The notes below the pieces were generated by a model that made no database searches, had not been told where the DNA came from, and saw only the letters and a program-made list of their open reading frames with translations. A stretch of 64,000 nucleotides of DNA, from the NCBI GenBank assembly GCA_035277965.1, contig DATEJM010000004.1, forward strand, positions 22,868-86,867, written 5' to 3'. Each line of letters begins with the position of its first letter. Within the stretch, counting starts at the first letter, position 1. Below, one piece after another: positions 1-9,757 of the stretch. The stretch is from Steroidobacteraceae bacterium. Lineage in GTDB: Bacteria; Pseudomonadota; Gammaproteobacteria; Steroidobacterales; Steroidobacteraceae. The translations under genes were made by a program, and so were the position numbers.

Positions 1-819
1 AGCCGGTCGCGCACGCTGCGGCCGTTGACGAACCAGAATTGCCGGTCGGCCTGAGCCCGGGCGGCGGTCGGAAGGCCGATCCACCCGGTGATCTCGACCG
101 GTCCGGCGTGATGCGCGACGGGTACCGACCGCGCCAGAAATTCCCGATCCAGAATCGGGGTGAGACGAGCATCCGGGGATTGTCCGGGCAGGGTCGCGGG
201 CGCATCGAGCAGCACTCGCTCGCCGCTGCGCAAACGAAAGGCAACGTCGAAACGCGACAGCACGAGCCGCTCGACGAGCCGCACGATGTGACCCAACTCG
301 GTTGCATCGCTCCGCACGAATTTGCGCCGCGCGGGCACGTTGAAGAACAGATCGCGAACCTCGATGGTCGTGCCCGGAGGATGAGCCGCGGGCTTTGCGC
401 TGCCGGGCGCGCCCCCCACACCGGCCACGAAGGCGCCGCCTTCCATCGCGATCTGCGCCGCATGAGCGGCATCCCGCGGTCGGGAAACGATCCGCAATCT
501 CGAGACGGACGCGATCGAGGGCAACGCTTCACCGCGAAACCCCAGCGTGGCGACCGCCTCGAGATCTTCCAGCGAGGCGATCTTGCTCGTCGCGTGTCGT
601 GAGACAGCGATCGCGAGCTCCTCGGGCGCCATACCACAGCCGTCGTCGCGAACTCGCAGCAGACCGACCCCGCCGCGCTCGACATCGATCTCGATCCGGC
701 GGGCCCCGGAATCCAGACTGTTCTCGACGAGCTCCTTCACGACGGACGCGGGCCGCTCCACGACTTCGCCGGCCGCGATCTGATCGATGAGCTCGCTGGG
801 GAGAATCCGGATAGGCATG
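1..819 (-). CDS. mutL: DNA mismatch repair protein MutL, N-terminal part (gene continues past the window start)
   Basis: Reverse translation from the ATG at 819-817 reads MPIRILPSELIDQIAAGEVVERPASVVKELVENSLDSGARRIEIDVERGG..., the GHKL ATPase N-terminus of MutL. The frame is open to the window edge, so it is missing from the ORF track. Classical mutL-amiB-tsaE synteny. Confidence 0.9.
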
Positions 820-954
820 AGCGAGTGTCAGTCTACAGGCTCGGACGCTCTCGCAGAATGCACGTTGCCAGACCGCGAAAGGCACCCGTCCATGGCGCTG
901 CCATCGCGCCGTCCCTGGCGCGAACGCTCATTTCCGCGAGAGCGTCGTCAGCCT

Positions 955-2175
955 CTAGGGCGCGGCGGGCGCGGCCATCACGCTCGCTACCGTGGCGCGA
1001 CGGGCCATGGCAAACCGCGTACCGACCGGAGGATTCTCCTCGAAGTAGCCGTGGATCCCGGAAAAAATAGCCTCCGCAAGCCGCGCCTGCTGAGCCGAGC
1101 TGCGCAGCCGCAGCTCCTCGCCGGGATTGGAGATGTACGCGGTCTCGACGAGCATCGAGGGAATATCCGGAGACTTCAGCACGACGAAACCGGCCTGCTG
1201 GACCTGTGTCTTGCGTACCTGGCCGACCGAGTCGAGGGCGTTCAGCACACCCCGCGCCGCCGTCATGCTGGCGCTGATGTTCGCGGACTGGGACAGGTCG
1301 AGCAGCACGGAAGCGAGTGTGTTGTCCTTGTCGTCGAGCTTCACTCCACCCATGAGATCGGCCGCGTTCTCGCGCTCGGCGAGCCAGCGGGCCGCTTCGT
1401 TCGTCGCACCGCGCTCCGAGAGCACATAGACGGACGAACCGGAAACCTCCCGGTTCGCGATCGAGTCCGCGTGCACCGAAATGAACATGTCCGCCTTGGC
1501 CACCCGCGCGCGCCGAATCCGGTCCCGCAATGTCAGGAACTCATCGCGATTGCGCGTCAGCACCGCATGCATGCCGGGCTCGCCGTTGATCCGCGCAGCC
1601 AGGGCGCGCGCGATCGCGAGCACGACGTCCTTCTCATGAGTGCCCCCATGTCCCGTAGCACCCGGGTCCTGGCCACCGTGGCCGGCATCGACCGCGATGA
1701 TCACGTCGCGATCCGACTCGGAGGGAGCATGCAGCGCCCGGACCGCCTTGGGCGGATCGTCATCCTGAGCGACGGTCGTGTCGCCCAGACTGATAATGAG
1801 TTGGCCCCGCGCCTGGCGGGTGACCGGCCCCCAGGTGCTGCGAGCCGCGGCCGGTCCGCGAAGCTGCACCACGATGCGCAGAGTGCCGTCCGGCCGCTCA
1901 CCGAATCGAATGCCGGTCACGATGCCGACGGGTCGCGGCGGCCGCAGGCCCCGCGCCTGGCGGGTATTGCTGAGATCGATGACCGCGCGGTCGGGATGCT
2001 CGAGCGAGAATATCTTGTGCCGCACGGACCCGGGCACATCCAGCACCAACTCGGCCGCGCTCGTCGAGGCCGAGAGGCGCGCATCCGTGAGCTGTCCCGC
2101 GGCAGCCGTCGCCCCGCCCGTGAGGATCACCCACGTTGCCAGCGCGCTCAGTAGTTGAAAGCCCTTCCTTATCAT
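955..2175 (-). CDS. amiB: N-acetylmuramoyl-L-alanine amidase (signal peptide, AMIN-like N-domain, Amidase_3 C-domain)
   Basis: 406-aa ORF. Contains IIAVDAGHGGQDPGATG and MFISVHADS zinc-amidase motifs. Sits between tsaE and mutL. Confidence 0.85.
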   Translation of the reverse strand: MIRKGFQLLSALATWVILTGGATAAAGQLTDARLSASTSAAELVLDVPGSVRHKIFSLEHPDRAVIDLSNTRQARGLRPPRPVGIVTGIRFGERPDGTLRIVVQLRGPAAARSTWGPVTRQARGQLIISLGDTTVAQDDDPPKAVRALHAPSESDRDVIIAVDAGHGGQDPGATGHGGTHEKDVVLAIARALAARINGEPGMHAVLTRNRDEFLTLRDRIRRARVAKADMFISVHADSIANREVSGSSVYVLSERGATNEAARWLAERENAADLMGGVKLDDKDNTLASVLLDLSQSANISASMTAARGVLNALDSVGQVRKTQVQQAGFVVLKSPDIPSMLVETAYISNPGEELRLRSSAQQARLAEAIFSGIHGYFEENPPVGTRFAMARRATVASVMAAPAAP

Positions 2176-2204
2176 GGAGTTCTACGCGTAATTTGTGCCG
2201 TAAT

Positions 2205-2687
2205 CTACGGCGACGGCAGAACCTTTTCAACTGCTGAAGCCAGCCAGGCGCTGCCCAGATCCGTATGCGAGCTGAGCTCCACGTCGTGCACGGCGGACTG
2301 AACGGTCAGCGTCGCGGACAAATCGGCCCCCATCAGCCGCCCCTTGCCTCGCTCCGGCCATTCGATCAACCAGACATGGCCCGCTCGCACCCAATCGCGC
2401 AGGCCCAGCGATTCCAGCTCCTCGGGATCGTGAACGCGGTACAAATCGAGATGCAGGACGGTCACCGCCGGCGTCTCGTAGATCTCCATCAAGGTATAGG
2501 TCGGGCTGCGAATCGCTCCGGTGACACCGCAAGCTCGCAGAAATCCGCGTGCGAGCGTGGTTTTGCCCGCTCCAAGATCCCCGCGCAGATACAGAACAGC
2601 GCTCGCCGGCCGGTCCGGCGGCAGGCTCCGCGCGAGCGCTGCTCCCAGCTCCATCATGCTCGCAGCGGTCGCGACCGGCCGGCGCAT
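2205..2687 (-). CDS. tsaE: tRNA threonylcarbamoyladenosine (t6A) biosynthesis ATPase TsaE
   Basis: 160 aa with the P-loop GDLGAGKTTLARG followed by SPTYTL. Start overlaps the nnr stop by 1 nt. Confidence 0.85.
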   Translation of the reverse strand: MRRPVATAASMMELGAALARSLPPDRPASAVLYLRGDLGAGKTTLARGFLRACGVTGAIRSPTYTLMEIYETPAVTVLHLDLYRVHDPEELESLGLRDWVRAGHVWLIEWPERGKGRLMGADLSATLTVQSAVHDVELSSHTDLGSAWLASAVEKVLPSP

Positions 2688-4162
2688 CAGAGATTGACGC
2701 AGTTGCGCAGCTCTCTAGCGACATCGCCGGCGAGCAAGCCACGCTCACCGGCACGCGCGGCCGCATCACCCGCCATCGCGTGAACGAGCACCCCGACACG
2801 GGTCGCGAGCCAAGGATCGCGACATTGAGCGAGAATGGCCGCAATCGCTCCCGTCAGGACATCTCCCATTCCGGCACTGGCCATGCCCGGATTGCCCCGC
2901 TCGCACAAGCCGGGCGTGTGACTTCGGCTGCCGACCAATGTGCCGGCGCCCTTCAAAACGACAATGCCGTGATAGCGCTCGCACAAGCGGTCGAGCGCAC
3001 CCAGGCGATCGCGCTGAATCTCATCCGACCGCGTCCCGAGGAGCCTGGCCGCCTCACCCGGATGTGGAGTCAGTATCCAGTTCTCGCGAGTGCGCTCACC
3101 TCCATCGGCCAGCAGATTCAAGGCATCCGCGTCCACGACGAGGGGCTTGTCCGTCGCGAGGACCCTTTCCAGGGCGCGTTGGGCCCACGAGCTGCGCCCG
3201 AGCCCCGGACCCACGGCCACGATCTCCGCGCGCTCCAGTGCATCGGTGAGCCCATCGTCACCACTCAACGGCAGGCAAATCAGTTCCGGCCGCCCCGAGG
3301 CGATCGCCGCGACATTCTCCGGAGCCACGGCGACGGTCACGAGCCCGGCCCCCGCGCGCAAACAAGCCTCGCCCGCAAGGCGCGTCGCACCCGGCATTCC
3401 GGGCCCGCTGCCGACGATCAACACGCGACCAAAGTCGCCCTTGTGCGAGGAGCGCCGGCGTCTGGGCAACGCCCTGCGGATCTCCGCATCGCTGATCCGC
3501 TCGAGGCGGGGCTCGAATCCGTTTGCAGCCGGCACCGGCACCTCGAGGTCATCGAAGTACACGCTGCCTGCAAACTCGGGGCCGTCGCCGATGAACAAGC
3601 CCGTCTTCAATCCAACAAAGGTCACGGTGCAATCGGCACGGACGGTCTCACCCAGAGGGACCCCGGTATCGCTGTCGAGACCCGAAGGCACATCGAGAGC
3701 GAACACGGGGCGCCCCGACGCATTCAACTGCCCGATGATCCGTTGCATCTCGGGGCGGACACTGCCACGCAACCCGGTGCCGAGCAGCCCATCGACAACG
3801 ACATCGCCTTCTCGCAACGCATCCGCGGAGAACGGCCTGATCCGGCCATCGCTGGCAGAGAAGTCCTCGTACGCCTGCCGCGCATCGCCCTGCAGAGACT
3901 CAGTCGCGACAGCGGTCAGCACCGTCACGGTGAGCCCAGCGGCCTGCGCGAACCGCGCCAGCACATAGCCGTCTCCGCCGTTGTTCCCGCCACCGCAAAC
4001 GATGACGACACGATGCGCCATCGGCCATCGCGTGCGCAGATAGCGCAACGCCGCCTCGCCCGCGCGCTTCATCAAGGTATAGCCAGGCGTCCCTGCCTCG
4101 ATCGCATGAGCGTCGAGCGCACGTACCTGCGCGGCTGAATACAGGGCAATCGGCAGAGCCAT
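2687..4162 (-). CDS. nnr: Bifunctional NAD(P)H-hydrate epimerase / ADP-dependent dehydratase (YjeF)
   Basis: YjeF_N motif VVIVCGGGNNGGDGYV and a C-terminal carbohydrate-kinase part (GPGLG, MASAGMGDVLTG). Start moved to MALPIALYSAAQVRALD (ATG 4162); the upstream extension to 4261 looks non-coding. Confidence 0.85.
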   Translation of the reverse strand: MALPIALYSAAQVRALDAHAIEAGTPGYTLMKRAGEAALRYLRTRWPMAHRVVIVCGGGNNGGDGYVLARFAQAAGLTVTVLTAVATESLQGDARQAYEDFSASDGRIRPFSADALREGDVVVDGLLGTGLRGSVRPEMQRIIGQLNASGRPVFALDVPSGLDSDTGVPLGETVRADCTVTFVGLKTGLFIGDGPEFAGSVYFDDLEVPVPAANGFEPRLERISDAEIRRALPRRRRSSHKGDFGRVLIVGSGPGMPGATRLAGEACLRAGAGLVTVAVAPENVAAIASGRPELICLPLSGDDGLTDALERAEIVAVGPGLGRSSWAQRALERVLATDKPLVVDADALNLLADGGERTRENWILTPHPGEAARLLGTRSDEIQRDRLGALDRLCERYHGIVVLKGAGTLVGSRSHTPGLCERGNPGMASAGMGDVLTGAIAAILAQCRDPWLATRVGVLVHAMAGDAAARAGERGLLAGDVARELRNCVNL

Positions 4163-4185
4163 CGCCTGATTATACTGACACTGGT

Positions 4186-5298
4186 GTGCGAACCATGACG
4201 GAACCGAACGCCTTTGACCTGCAGGCCGCCAAGCAAGAGCTGAGCACCCGCGCGGCGGCACTCGGCTTCGCGCGGCTGGGCATTGCGAATGTCAACATAC
4301 CTGAAGACGAACAGCACCTCCTGAGGTGGCTGGCCGACGGCTTTCACGGCGAGATGCAGTACATGTCCCGCCATGGCAGCCGACGCAGCCGGCCGGCTGA
4401 GCTGGTACCCGGTACCGTGAGAGTGATCAGTGTCCGGATGGATTACTGGCCCGCGGAAGCCGCCGACGCGGCGCGCGTCCTGGGCGAGCCCCTGCAGGCG
4501 TACGTCTCGCGTTACGCACTGGGCCGCGACTATCACAAGATCATGCGACCCGCGCTCGGACGGCTGGCTGCCGGGCTCAGTCAGTCGGTTGGACCGTTCG
4601 GGTACCGCGTCTGCGTGGACACTGCCCCGGTGCTCGAGAAAGCACTGGCGCGCAACTCGGGGCTCGGCTGGATCGGCAAGCACACCAACCTGATTGCGCG
4701 CGACGCAGGCTCATGGTTCTTTCTTGGCGAGATCCTGACCGACGTCCCCTTTCCCCTGGACGAGCCGGCCACCGCGCACTGCGGCACGTGCACGGCGTGC
4801 ATCCCGGCCTGCCCCACGGGTGCGATCCTCGAGCCCTACCGTCTCGACGCCCGACGCTGCATCTCTTATCTGACGATCGAGCACCGGAGCTCGATTCCGG
4901 TGGAGCTGCGCCCTGCCCTCGGGAATCGGATCTACGGCTGCGATGACTGTCAGCTCGTGTGTCCATGGAACAAGTTCGCAAAGGCCGCGGCGCACCCGGA
5001 TCTGAAGATCCGCCATGGCCTGGATGCGCCGCGGCTGACCGAGCTGTTTGCATGGAGTGAGGCTGACTGGGAGGAGCGTATGCGGGGGTCGGCGATCTAC
5101 CGCATCGGTTACGAGCGCTGGTCGCGCAACATTGCCGTTGCCCTGGGTAACGCCCCAGGCGATCCTGAAGTCATGGCTGCGCTCAGCCGGCGGCGCAACG
5201 ATCCGTCGGAGTTGGTACGGGAGCACGTTGCATGGGCGCTCGACCGCCACGAAAGTCTGCGAAGAGCGGCTAGCGCTCGAGCTGGATGTTGTCGATGA
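4186..5298 (+). CDS. queG: Epoxyqueuosine reductase
   Basis: 370 aa. Has the 4Fe-4S ferredoxin motifs CGTCTACIPACPTGAI and CDDCQLVCPWNKF plus a HEAT-like C-terminus. The real start may be the ATG at 4195. Confidence 0.85.
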   Translation: MRTMTEPNAFDLQAAKQELSTRAAALGFARLGIANVNIPEDEQHLLRWLADGFHGEMQYMSRHGSRRSRPAELVPGTVRVISVRMDYWPAEAADAARVLGEPLQAYVSRYALGRDYHKIMRPALGRLAAGLSQSVGPFGYRVCVDTAPVLEKALARNSGLGWIGKHTNLIARDAGSWFFLGEILTDVPFPLDEPATAHCGTCTACIPACPTGAILEPYRLDARRCISYLTIEHRSSIPVELRPALGNRIYGCDDCQLVCPWNKFAKAAAHPDLKIRHGLDAPRLTELFAWSEADWEERMRGSAIYRIGYERWSRNIAVALGNAPGDPEVMAALSRRRNDPSELVREHVAWALDRHESLRRAASARAGCCR

Positions 5299-6118
5299 GC
5301 CGCGCCTTCCCGAGGCGCGCCGCCGTGAGAATGACCAGCCGGCGGCAATCCGCCGCGGGAACCGCCAAGTTACTTGCCTGGCGCACCGCGAAGTATTCGG
5401 GACGAAAACCTGCGTCCGCCAGGGTTTGAGCGGCGGTGCGCTCGACAGCCGCGAGATCCGCCGCCCCCTGCGAGACCTGCCGGGCGGCTTGGGTGAGCGC
5501 TCGATAGAGCGCCGGCGCGACCTGCCGCTCCTGTGCCGTCAGATATTGATTGCGCGAGCTCATCGCGAGGCCGTCGGCGTCACGCACAGTGGGCGCGCCG
5601 ACAATCTGGATGGGCATGCATAGATCGGCGGCCATCCAGCGAATGATGGTCAGTTGCTGGAAGTCCTTCTCGCCAAAGACGGCGACGTCGGGCTCCACGA
5701 TATGGAACAGCTTCGAGACGATCGTGGTCACCCCTTCGAAATGTCCCGGCCGCCACTCGCCGCAGAGGATGCGCGACAGGCCGGGGACTTCCACGCGCGT
5801 CGAGGCCTGCGGCCCGTGCGGATACATTTCCTCGACGTTCGGCATGAACATGAGGCTGCAGCCGGCCTGGGCGAGCATCTGCTCGTCCTGCGTGGGAGTG
5901 CGCGGGTAATGAGCGAAGTCTTCGTTCGGCCCGAATTGCATCGGGTTCACGAAGATGCTCGCGACGAAGCGCTCCCCATGTCGGCGGGCAGCCTCGATCA
6001 GACTGACATGACCGGCGTGAAGGTTGCCCATCGTGGGGACGAACGCGACACGCAGATTGTCCCGGCGCCACGCCCGGACGCGCTCGCGCACCGCCGCTAT
6101 GGTCGTCACTGTCTCCAT
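5270..6118 (-). CDS. panC: Pantoate--beta-alanine ligase
   Basis: Starts METVTTIAAVRE...FVPTMGNLHAGHVSL (HIGH-like motif). The track ORF extends to 6502 through panB in another frame, so it was trimmed to ATG 6118. Confidence 0.9.
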   Translation of the reverse strand: METVTTIAAVRERVRAWRRDNLRVAFVPTMGNLHAGHVSLIEAARRHGERFVASIFVNPMQFGPNEDFAHYPRTPTQDEQMLAQAGCSLMFMPNVEEMYPHGPQASTRVEVPGLSRILCGEWRPGHFEGVTTIVSKLFHIVEPDVAVFGEKDFQQLTIIRWMAADLCMPIQIVGAPTVRDADGLAMSSRNQYLTAQERQVAPALYRALTQAARQVSQGAADLAAVERTAAQTLADAGFRPEYFAVRQASNLAVPAADCRRLVILTAARLGKARLIDNIQLER

Positions 6119-6152
6119 CGCACTACCGATCTCGAGGTTGCCGCATGCCGCG

Positions 6153-6980
6153 TCAGAAACAATGCTCAGGGGCCGGATAGTCGCCGCTGCGAACGGCGGC
6201 GACGTAGGCGGCCAGAGCCTGTTGGTTCGTGGTCGTCTCGGCCATGAAGTTGCGCACGAACCGGGGCTTGCGGCCGGTGGTGATATCCAGGATGTCATAC
6301 AGCACGAGAATCTGACCGTCTGTGTCCGGTCCCGCGCCGATGCCGATGACCGGCACAGCGAGCTCCGCCGTGATTCGCTTGCCGAGCTCGGATGGGATGC
6401 ACTCGAGGAGCACGATGTCAGCGCCGGCCGACTGCAGCCGCTTCGCGTTGACAACCATCTGCTCGGCCACCGCCTGCTCGCGTCCCTGCACGCGAAAGCC
6501 ACCGGTCTTGTGGACCGACTGCGGCTTCAGACCCAGATGAGCGCATACGGCAATGTCATGGGCCGCGAGAAATTCGACGATATCGATCTGACTGGGGCCG
6601 CTCTCGAGCTTGATCATCTTGGCGCCGCCCTCCTGCATCAGCCGCACGGAGTTCTCGAGCGCCTGGTCCTTCGACGGGTAGCTCATGAACGGCAAGTCGG
6701 CCATGAGGAACGGCCGGTGCAATCCTCGCGCTACCGCGCGACAGTGGTACACCATGTCGTCCATGGTCACCGGCACCGTCGTATCGTGTCCCTGGATGAC
6801 CATACCGAGGGAGTCGCCGACGAGCACTACGTCGACATCGGCCCCATCGAGCAGCACCGCGAAACTGGCGTCGTAGCAGGTGAGCGCAGCGATCTTCCGG
6901 CCCTGCTCCTTCATGCCGTCGAGGGTCGCCAGCGTGACGGGCGGGCGGTCGGAGCCGCGCATTTGCAGGTGGGTATACAT
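6153..6980 (-). CDS. panB: 3-methyl-2-oxobutanoate hydroxymethyltransferase
   Basis: 275 aa. Motifs LTCYDASFA, VLVGDSLGMV and GGAKMIKLE are typical of KPHMT. Confidence 0.9.
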   Translation of the reverse strand: MYTHLQMRGSDRPPVTLATLDGMKEQGRKIAALTCYDASFAVLLDGADVDVVLVGDSLGMVIQGHDTTVPVTMDDMVYHCRAVARGLHRPFLMADLPFMSYPSKDQALENSVRLMQEGGAKMIKLESGPSQIDIVEFLAAHDIAVCAHLGLKPQSVHKTGGFRVQGREQAVAEQMVVNAKRLQSAGADIVLLECIPSELGKRITAELAVPVIGIGAGPDTDGQILVLYDILDITTGRKPRFVRNFMAETTTNQQALAAYVAAVRSGDYPAPEHCF

Positions 6981-7050
6981 TCGCCAATTGTACTTGTTTT
7001 AGGGCTGCGGGGCGTTGGCGGGCGGCGGCAGCCCGCGCCGCGCCGGTTCC

Positions 7051-7707
7051 TCAGATACTGCGGCTGCGCAGCGGGTTGTAGTAGAGCCGCCCCTTCTTCA
7101 TCCTGTTGATGGCTGCCAGCAGCTCGTCATAATCCGCCTGGTTGTTGATCGGATCGATGGAGGCCGCGTTCACGATGAGCAGCGGCGCCGCCTCGAACTC
7201 ATGGAAGAAGCGCGCATAGGCCTCGTTCAACCGCTCGAGATACTCGCCGTCGATCTGCTGCTCGTAGTCGATACCTCGCTTGGCGATGCGCTCGAGCAGG
7301 ACCTCGACGGGAGCCTGCAGGTAGACGACCAGGTCGGGCTTGGGCGCCTGGATGTCGAGCTTCGCGTAGACCTGCTCGTACAGGTTGTACTCGGCATCGT
7401 CCAGGGTCACGCGCGCGAAGAGGCGATCCTTGTCCAACAGATAGTCCGCAACGCGCACCGGCGCGAACAGGTCCTGTTGCTTGAGGGCGGCGAGCTGCTG
7501 AGCACGCTGGAAGAGGAAGTAGAGCTGCGTAGGCAGCGCCCCCGCGCGCGGATTGCGGTAGAAGCGCTCGAGAAACGGGTTCTGCGCCGCCTGCTCGAGC
7601 ACCGCCTGCGCCGACAGGCTGCCGCACAGTCGCCGCGCGAGACTCGTCTTGCCGACTCCGATCGGTCCTTCGACGACGAGGAACTGGTGCGCGGGCTCTG
7701 TGGGCAT
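7051..7707 (-). CDS. Deoxynucleoside kinase family protein
   Basis: 218 aa. Has the P-loop VVEGPIGVGKTSLARRL and the dNK-type FLERFY and LVVYLQAP motifs. Lies between folK and panB. Confidence 0.7.
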   Translation of the reverse strand: MPTEPAHQFLVVEGPIGVGKTSLARRLCGSLSAQAVLEQAAQNPFLERFYRNPRAGALPTQLYFLFQRAQQLAALKQQDLFAPVRVADYLLDKDRLFARVTLDDAEYNLYEQVYAKLDIQAPKPDLVVYLQAPVEVLLERIAKRGIDYEQQIDGEYLERLNEAYARFFHEFEAAPLLIVNAASIDPINNQADYDELLAAINRMKKGRLYYNPLRSRSI

Positions 7708-7713
7708 CGGGTG

Positions 7714-8211
7714 TTACGTGAGCAAATGCAATCCCTCGGATCCGACCCGGCGCTTCAGGTCGGCCACACGGCCCAACCCGGGCACCTCGAGATCCGGAGC
7801 GATATCGGCAAGCGGGTACACGACGAAATTGCGTTCCAGTATACCGGGGTGAGGCAGCGTCAGCTGAGGTTCGCGCCGGTGCTCGCTTCCATGGACGAGC
7901 AGGTCGAGGTCGATCACGCGCGGACCCCATTTCTCGTGGCGCGCAGGGCGGCCGAGCGCGGCCTCTATGGCATGCAGTCCCGACAGCAGCGTCTGCGAAT
8001 CGAGCTCGGTCAGTACGCCGGCGACTGCATTGACGAAATCGGGCTGAGCGATAGGGCCGAGCGGTACGGACGAGTAGCACGGCGAAGTCACGATGAGGCG
8101 CGTCGCGGGAAGTCGCGCAAGCTGTGCCAAAGCGCGCTTCACTTGCGAGGCCGGGTCCTCGAGATTGCTGCCGAGCCCGATGTAGGCGGGCCGGTAGAGC
8201 GGGGCCGCCAT
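7714..8211 (-). CDS. folK: 2-amino-4-hydroxy-6-hydroxymethyldihydropteridine diphosphokinase (HPPK)
   Basis: 165 aa. Reads AYIGLGSNLEDP...GPRVIDLDLL...LTLPHPG. Confidence 0.85.
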   Translation of the reverse strand: MAAPLYRPAYIGLGSNLEDPASQVKRALAQLARLPATRLIVTSPCYSSVPLGPIAQPDFVNAVAGVLTELDSQTLLSGLHAIEAALGRPARHEKWGPRVIDLDLLVHGSEHRREPQLTLPHPGILERNFVVYPLADIAPDLEVPGLGRVADLKRRVGSEGLHLLT

Positions 8212-8230
8212 GGGCTCGAGCGACCGCCGG

Positions 8231-9682
8231 TCAGGCGGAGCCCGCTGGCCGGCGGCGGCGCCGGCGGCGGCGACCGCCCCGGCGCGGTCCTTCCGGTCTC
8301 TGCGGCTGACCGGTCAGCTCATCGGCCATCCGCGCCTGCTCTTCGGGCGAGACTTCCTGAATCCGGGTCCACCACTGCGCCACGTCGCCGGAGGCCAGAC
8401 CCAGCTGCGCCCTCAGCAGCAACAGGTCATAGGCGGCGCGGAAACGGGGATGCTCTATCACGCGCAAGGCACGGCGACCTCGCGGATGCTCCAACCGCGG
8501 TTGGAGCGCAAACATCTCGCGCACTCCGAGCGAGAAGCGCTTCGGAATGGAAATGTGTCGCTGCGCCTCGCGAATAGCCTGGTCGCACGCATCGAGGATC
8601 GTGGCCAGCTCGTGCCAACGCTCCGCCGGCGTCGCTTCGATGTTGGCAGCGATGGGGCCGTACAACAGCAACGCGAACAGGAACGTGGGCGTCACCGGCT
8701 TGTCGGCCGCCACACGCTCATCGGTGTTGGCGAGACCCTGCAGCAACAGCTTCTCGACCAGACTGCTCGGGTGCTTGCGGAAGTAGGCGTCAGCAGTCGG
8801 CAACAGTGCAGCGAGCAAGCCCCGGGCGCGCAGTATCGGCAGCGTCCGCGCGCCGTAGCCGGTGAGGAACAATTTCAACGTCTCATCGAACAAGCGTGCC
8901 GGCGGGACGCCGCCCAGCAGATCGCGCAAGCGGGATATCGGCTCGGCGGTCGCCGGATCGAGCTCGAAACCGAGCTTGGCCTCGAAGCGCGCGGCGCGCA
9001 GCATGCGCACGGGATCTTCGCGAAACCGCGTCTCGGGATCCCCGATGAGCTTCAGCTTGCGGGCGGCGATGTCCTCGGCCCCGCCCACGTAGTCCCACAA
9101 CGAGAAGTCGGCGATGTTGTAGTAGAGCGAGTTGGCGGTGAAGTCGCGGCGCCACACGTCCGCGTCGATCGTGCCGTAGATGTTGTCTCGCAGGATGCGT
9201 CCGGAGGCGTCGAAAACGCGCTCGGTGCTGCCCGAATCGGCTGCCGGCTCCAGCAGCTCGACGTCCGCGGGCTCATCGAGCTCAGGGGCTTCGCCGTCCT
9301 CGGGGTCTGCGTCAGCCAGCGGCTCCTCTGCCTGAGAGGGCGCGCTGGCCGCACGAAACGTGGCGACCTCGATGATCTCCCGGCCGAAAAATACGTGCGC
9401 CAGGCGGAAGCGCCGCCCGACGAGCCTGCAGTTGCGGAAGAGCTTTCTGACCTCCTCCGGCAAGGCATCCGTCGCGACGTCAAAATCCTTCGGCTCGATG
9501 CCGATCAGCAGGTCGCGGACGCAGCCACCCACCAGAAAAGCCATGAAGCCGGCGTCCCGCAAGCGATACAGCACCCGCAATGCGTTTGCGGAGATGTGGG
9601 AGCGGGAGACGGTATGCTCGGATCGCGGGATGATCCGGGGTGTTGCGTGTGGCGCCACGGCGGGCGCGTTTGAGGCGTTCAA
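8231..9682 (-). CDS. pcnB: Poly(A) polymerase I
   Basis: Strong identity to E. coli PcnB blocks (LVGGCVRDLL, KLFRNCRLVGRRFRLAHV, PETRFREDPVRMLRAARF). The only upstream ATG (9796) lies inside the opposite-strand tRNA-Glu, so the start is provisionally placed at the in-frame TTG 9682. The stop is certain. Confidence 0.8.
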   Translation of the reverse strand: MNASNAPAVAPHATPRIIPRSEHTVSRSHISANALRVLYRLRDAGFMAFLVGGCVRDLLIGIEPKDFDVATDALPEEVRKLFRNCRLVGRRFRLAHVFFGREIIEVATFRAASAPSQAEEPLADADPEDGEAPELDEPADVELLEPAADSGSTERVFDASGRILRDNIYGTIDADVWRRDFTANSLYYNIADFSLWDYVGGAEDIAARKLKLIGDPETRFREDPVRMLRAARFEAKLGFELDPATAEPISRLRDLLGGVPPARLFDETLKLFLTGYGARTLPILRARGLLAALLPTADAYFRKHPSSLVEKLLLQGLANTDERVAADKPVTPTFLFALLLYGPIAANIEATPAERWHELATILDACDQAIREAQRHISIPKRFSLGVREMFALQPRLEHPRGRRALRVIEHPRFRAAYDLLLLRAQLGLASGDVAQWWTRIQEVSPEEQARMADELTGQPQRPEGPRRGGRRRRRRRRPAGSA

Positions 9683-9699
9683 TGCGGGCCGGCTTTCGC

Positions 9700-9727
9700 T
9701 TGAGCAATCAAGGCAGTTCCCTATAAT
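9700..9727 (+). promoter_or_regulatory. Sigma-70-type promoter for tRNA-Glu (TTGAGC-16 nt-TATAAT, GC-rich discriminator)
   Basis: TTGAGC at 9700-9705 and TATAAT at 9722-9727, followed by the GC-rich run ccgcgcgcgcag. The tRNA 5' end is 30 nt downstream. Confidence 0.5.
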
Positions 9728-9757
9728 ACCGCGCGCGCAGCGATGAGCTCGCACGCC

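Noticed and set aside
787-4138. Plus-strand ORFs 787-2154 (455 aa) and 2549-4138 (529 aa) opposite amiB and nnr.
   Set aside because: Same reasoning: shadow ORFs, with the conserved proteins on the minus strand.
7015-9673. Plus-strand ORFs 7015-8577 and 8210-9673 opposite dNK/folK/pcnB.
   Set aside because: Shadow ORFs. The minus-strand products carry clear family motifs.
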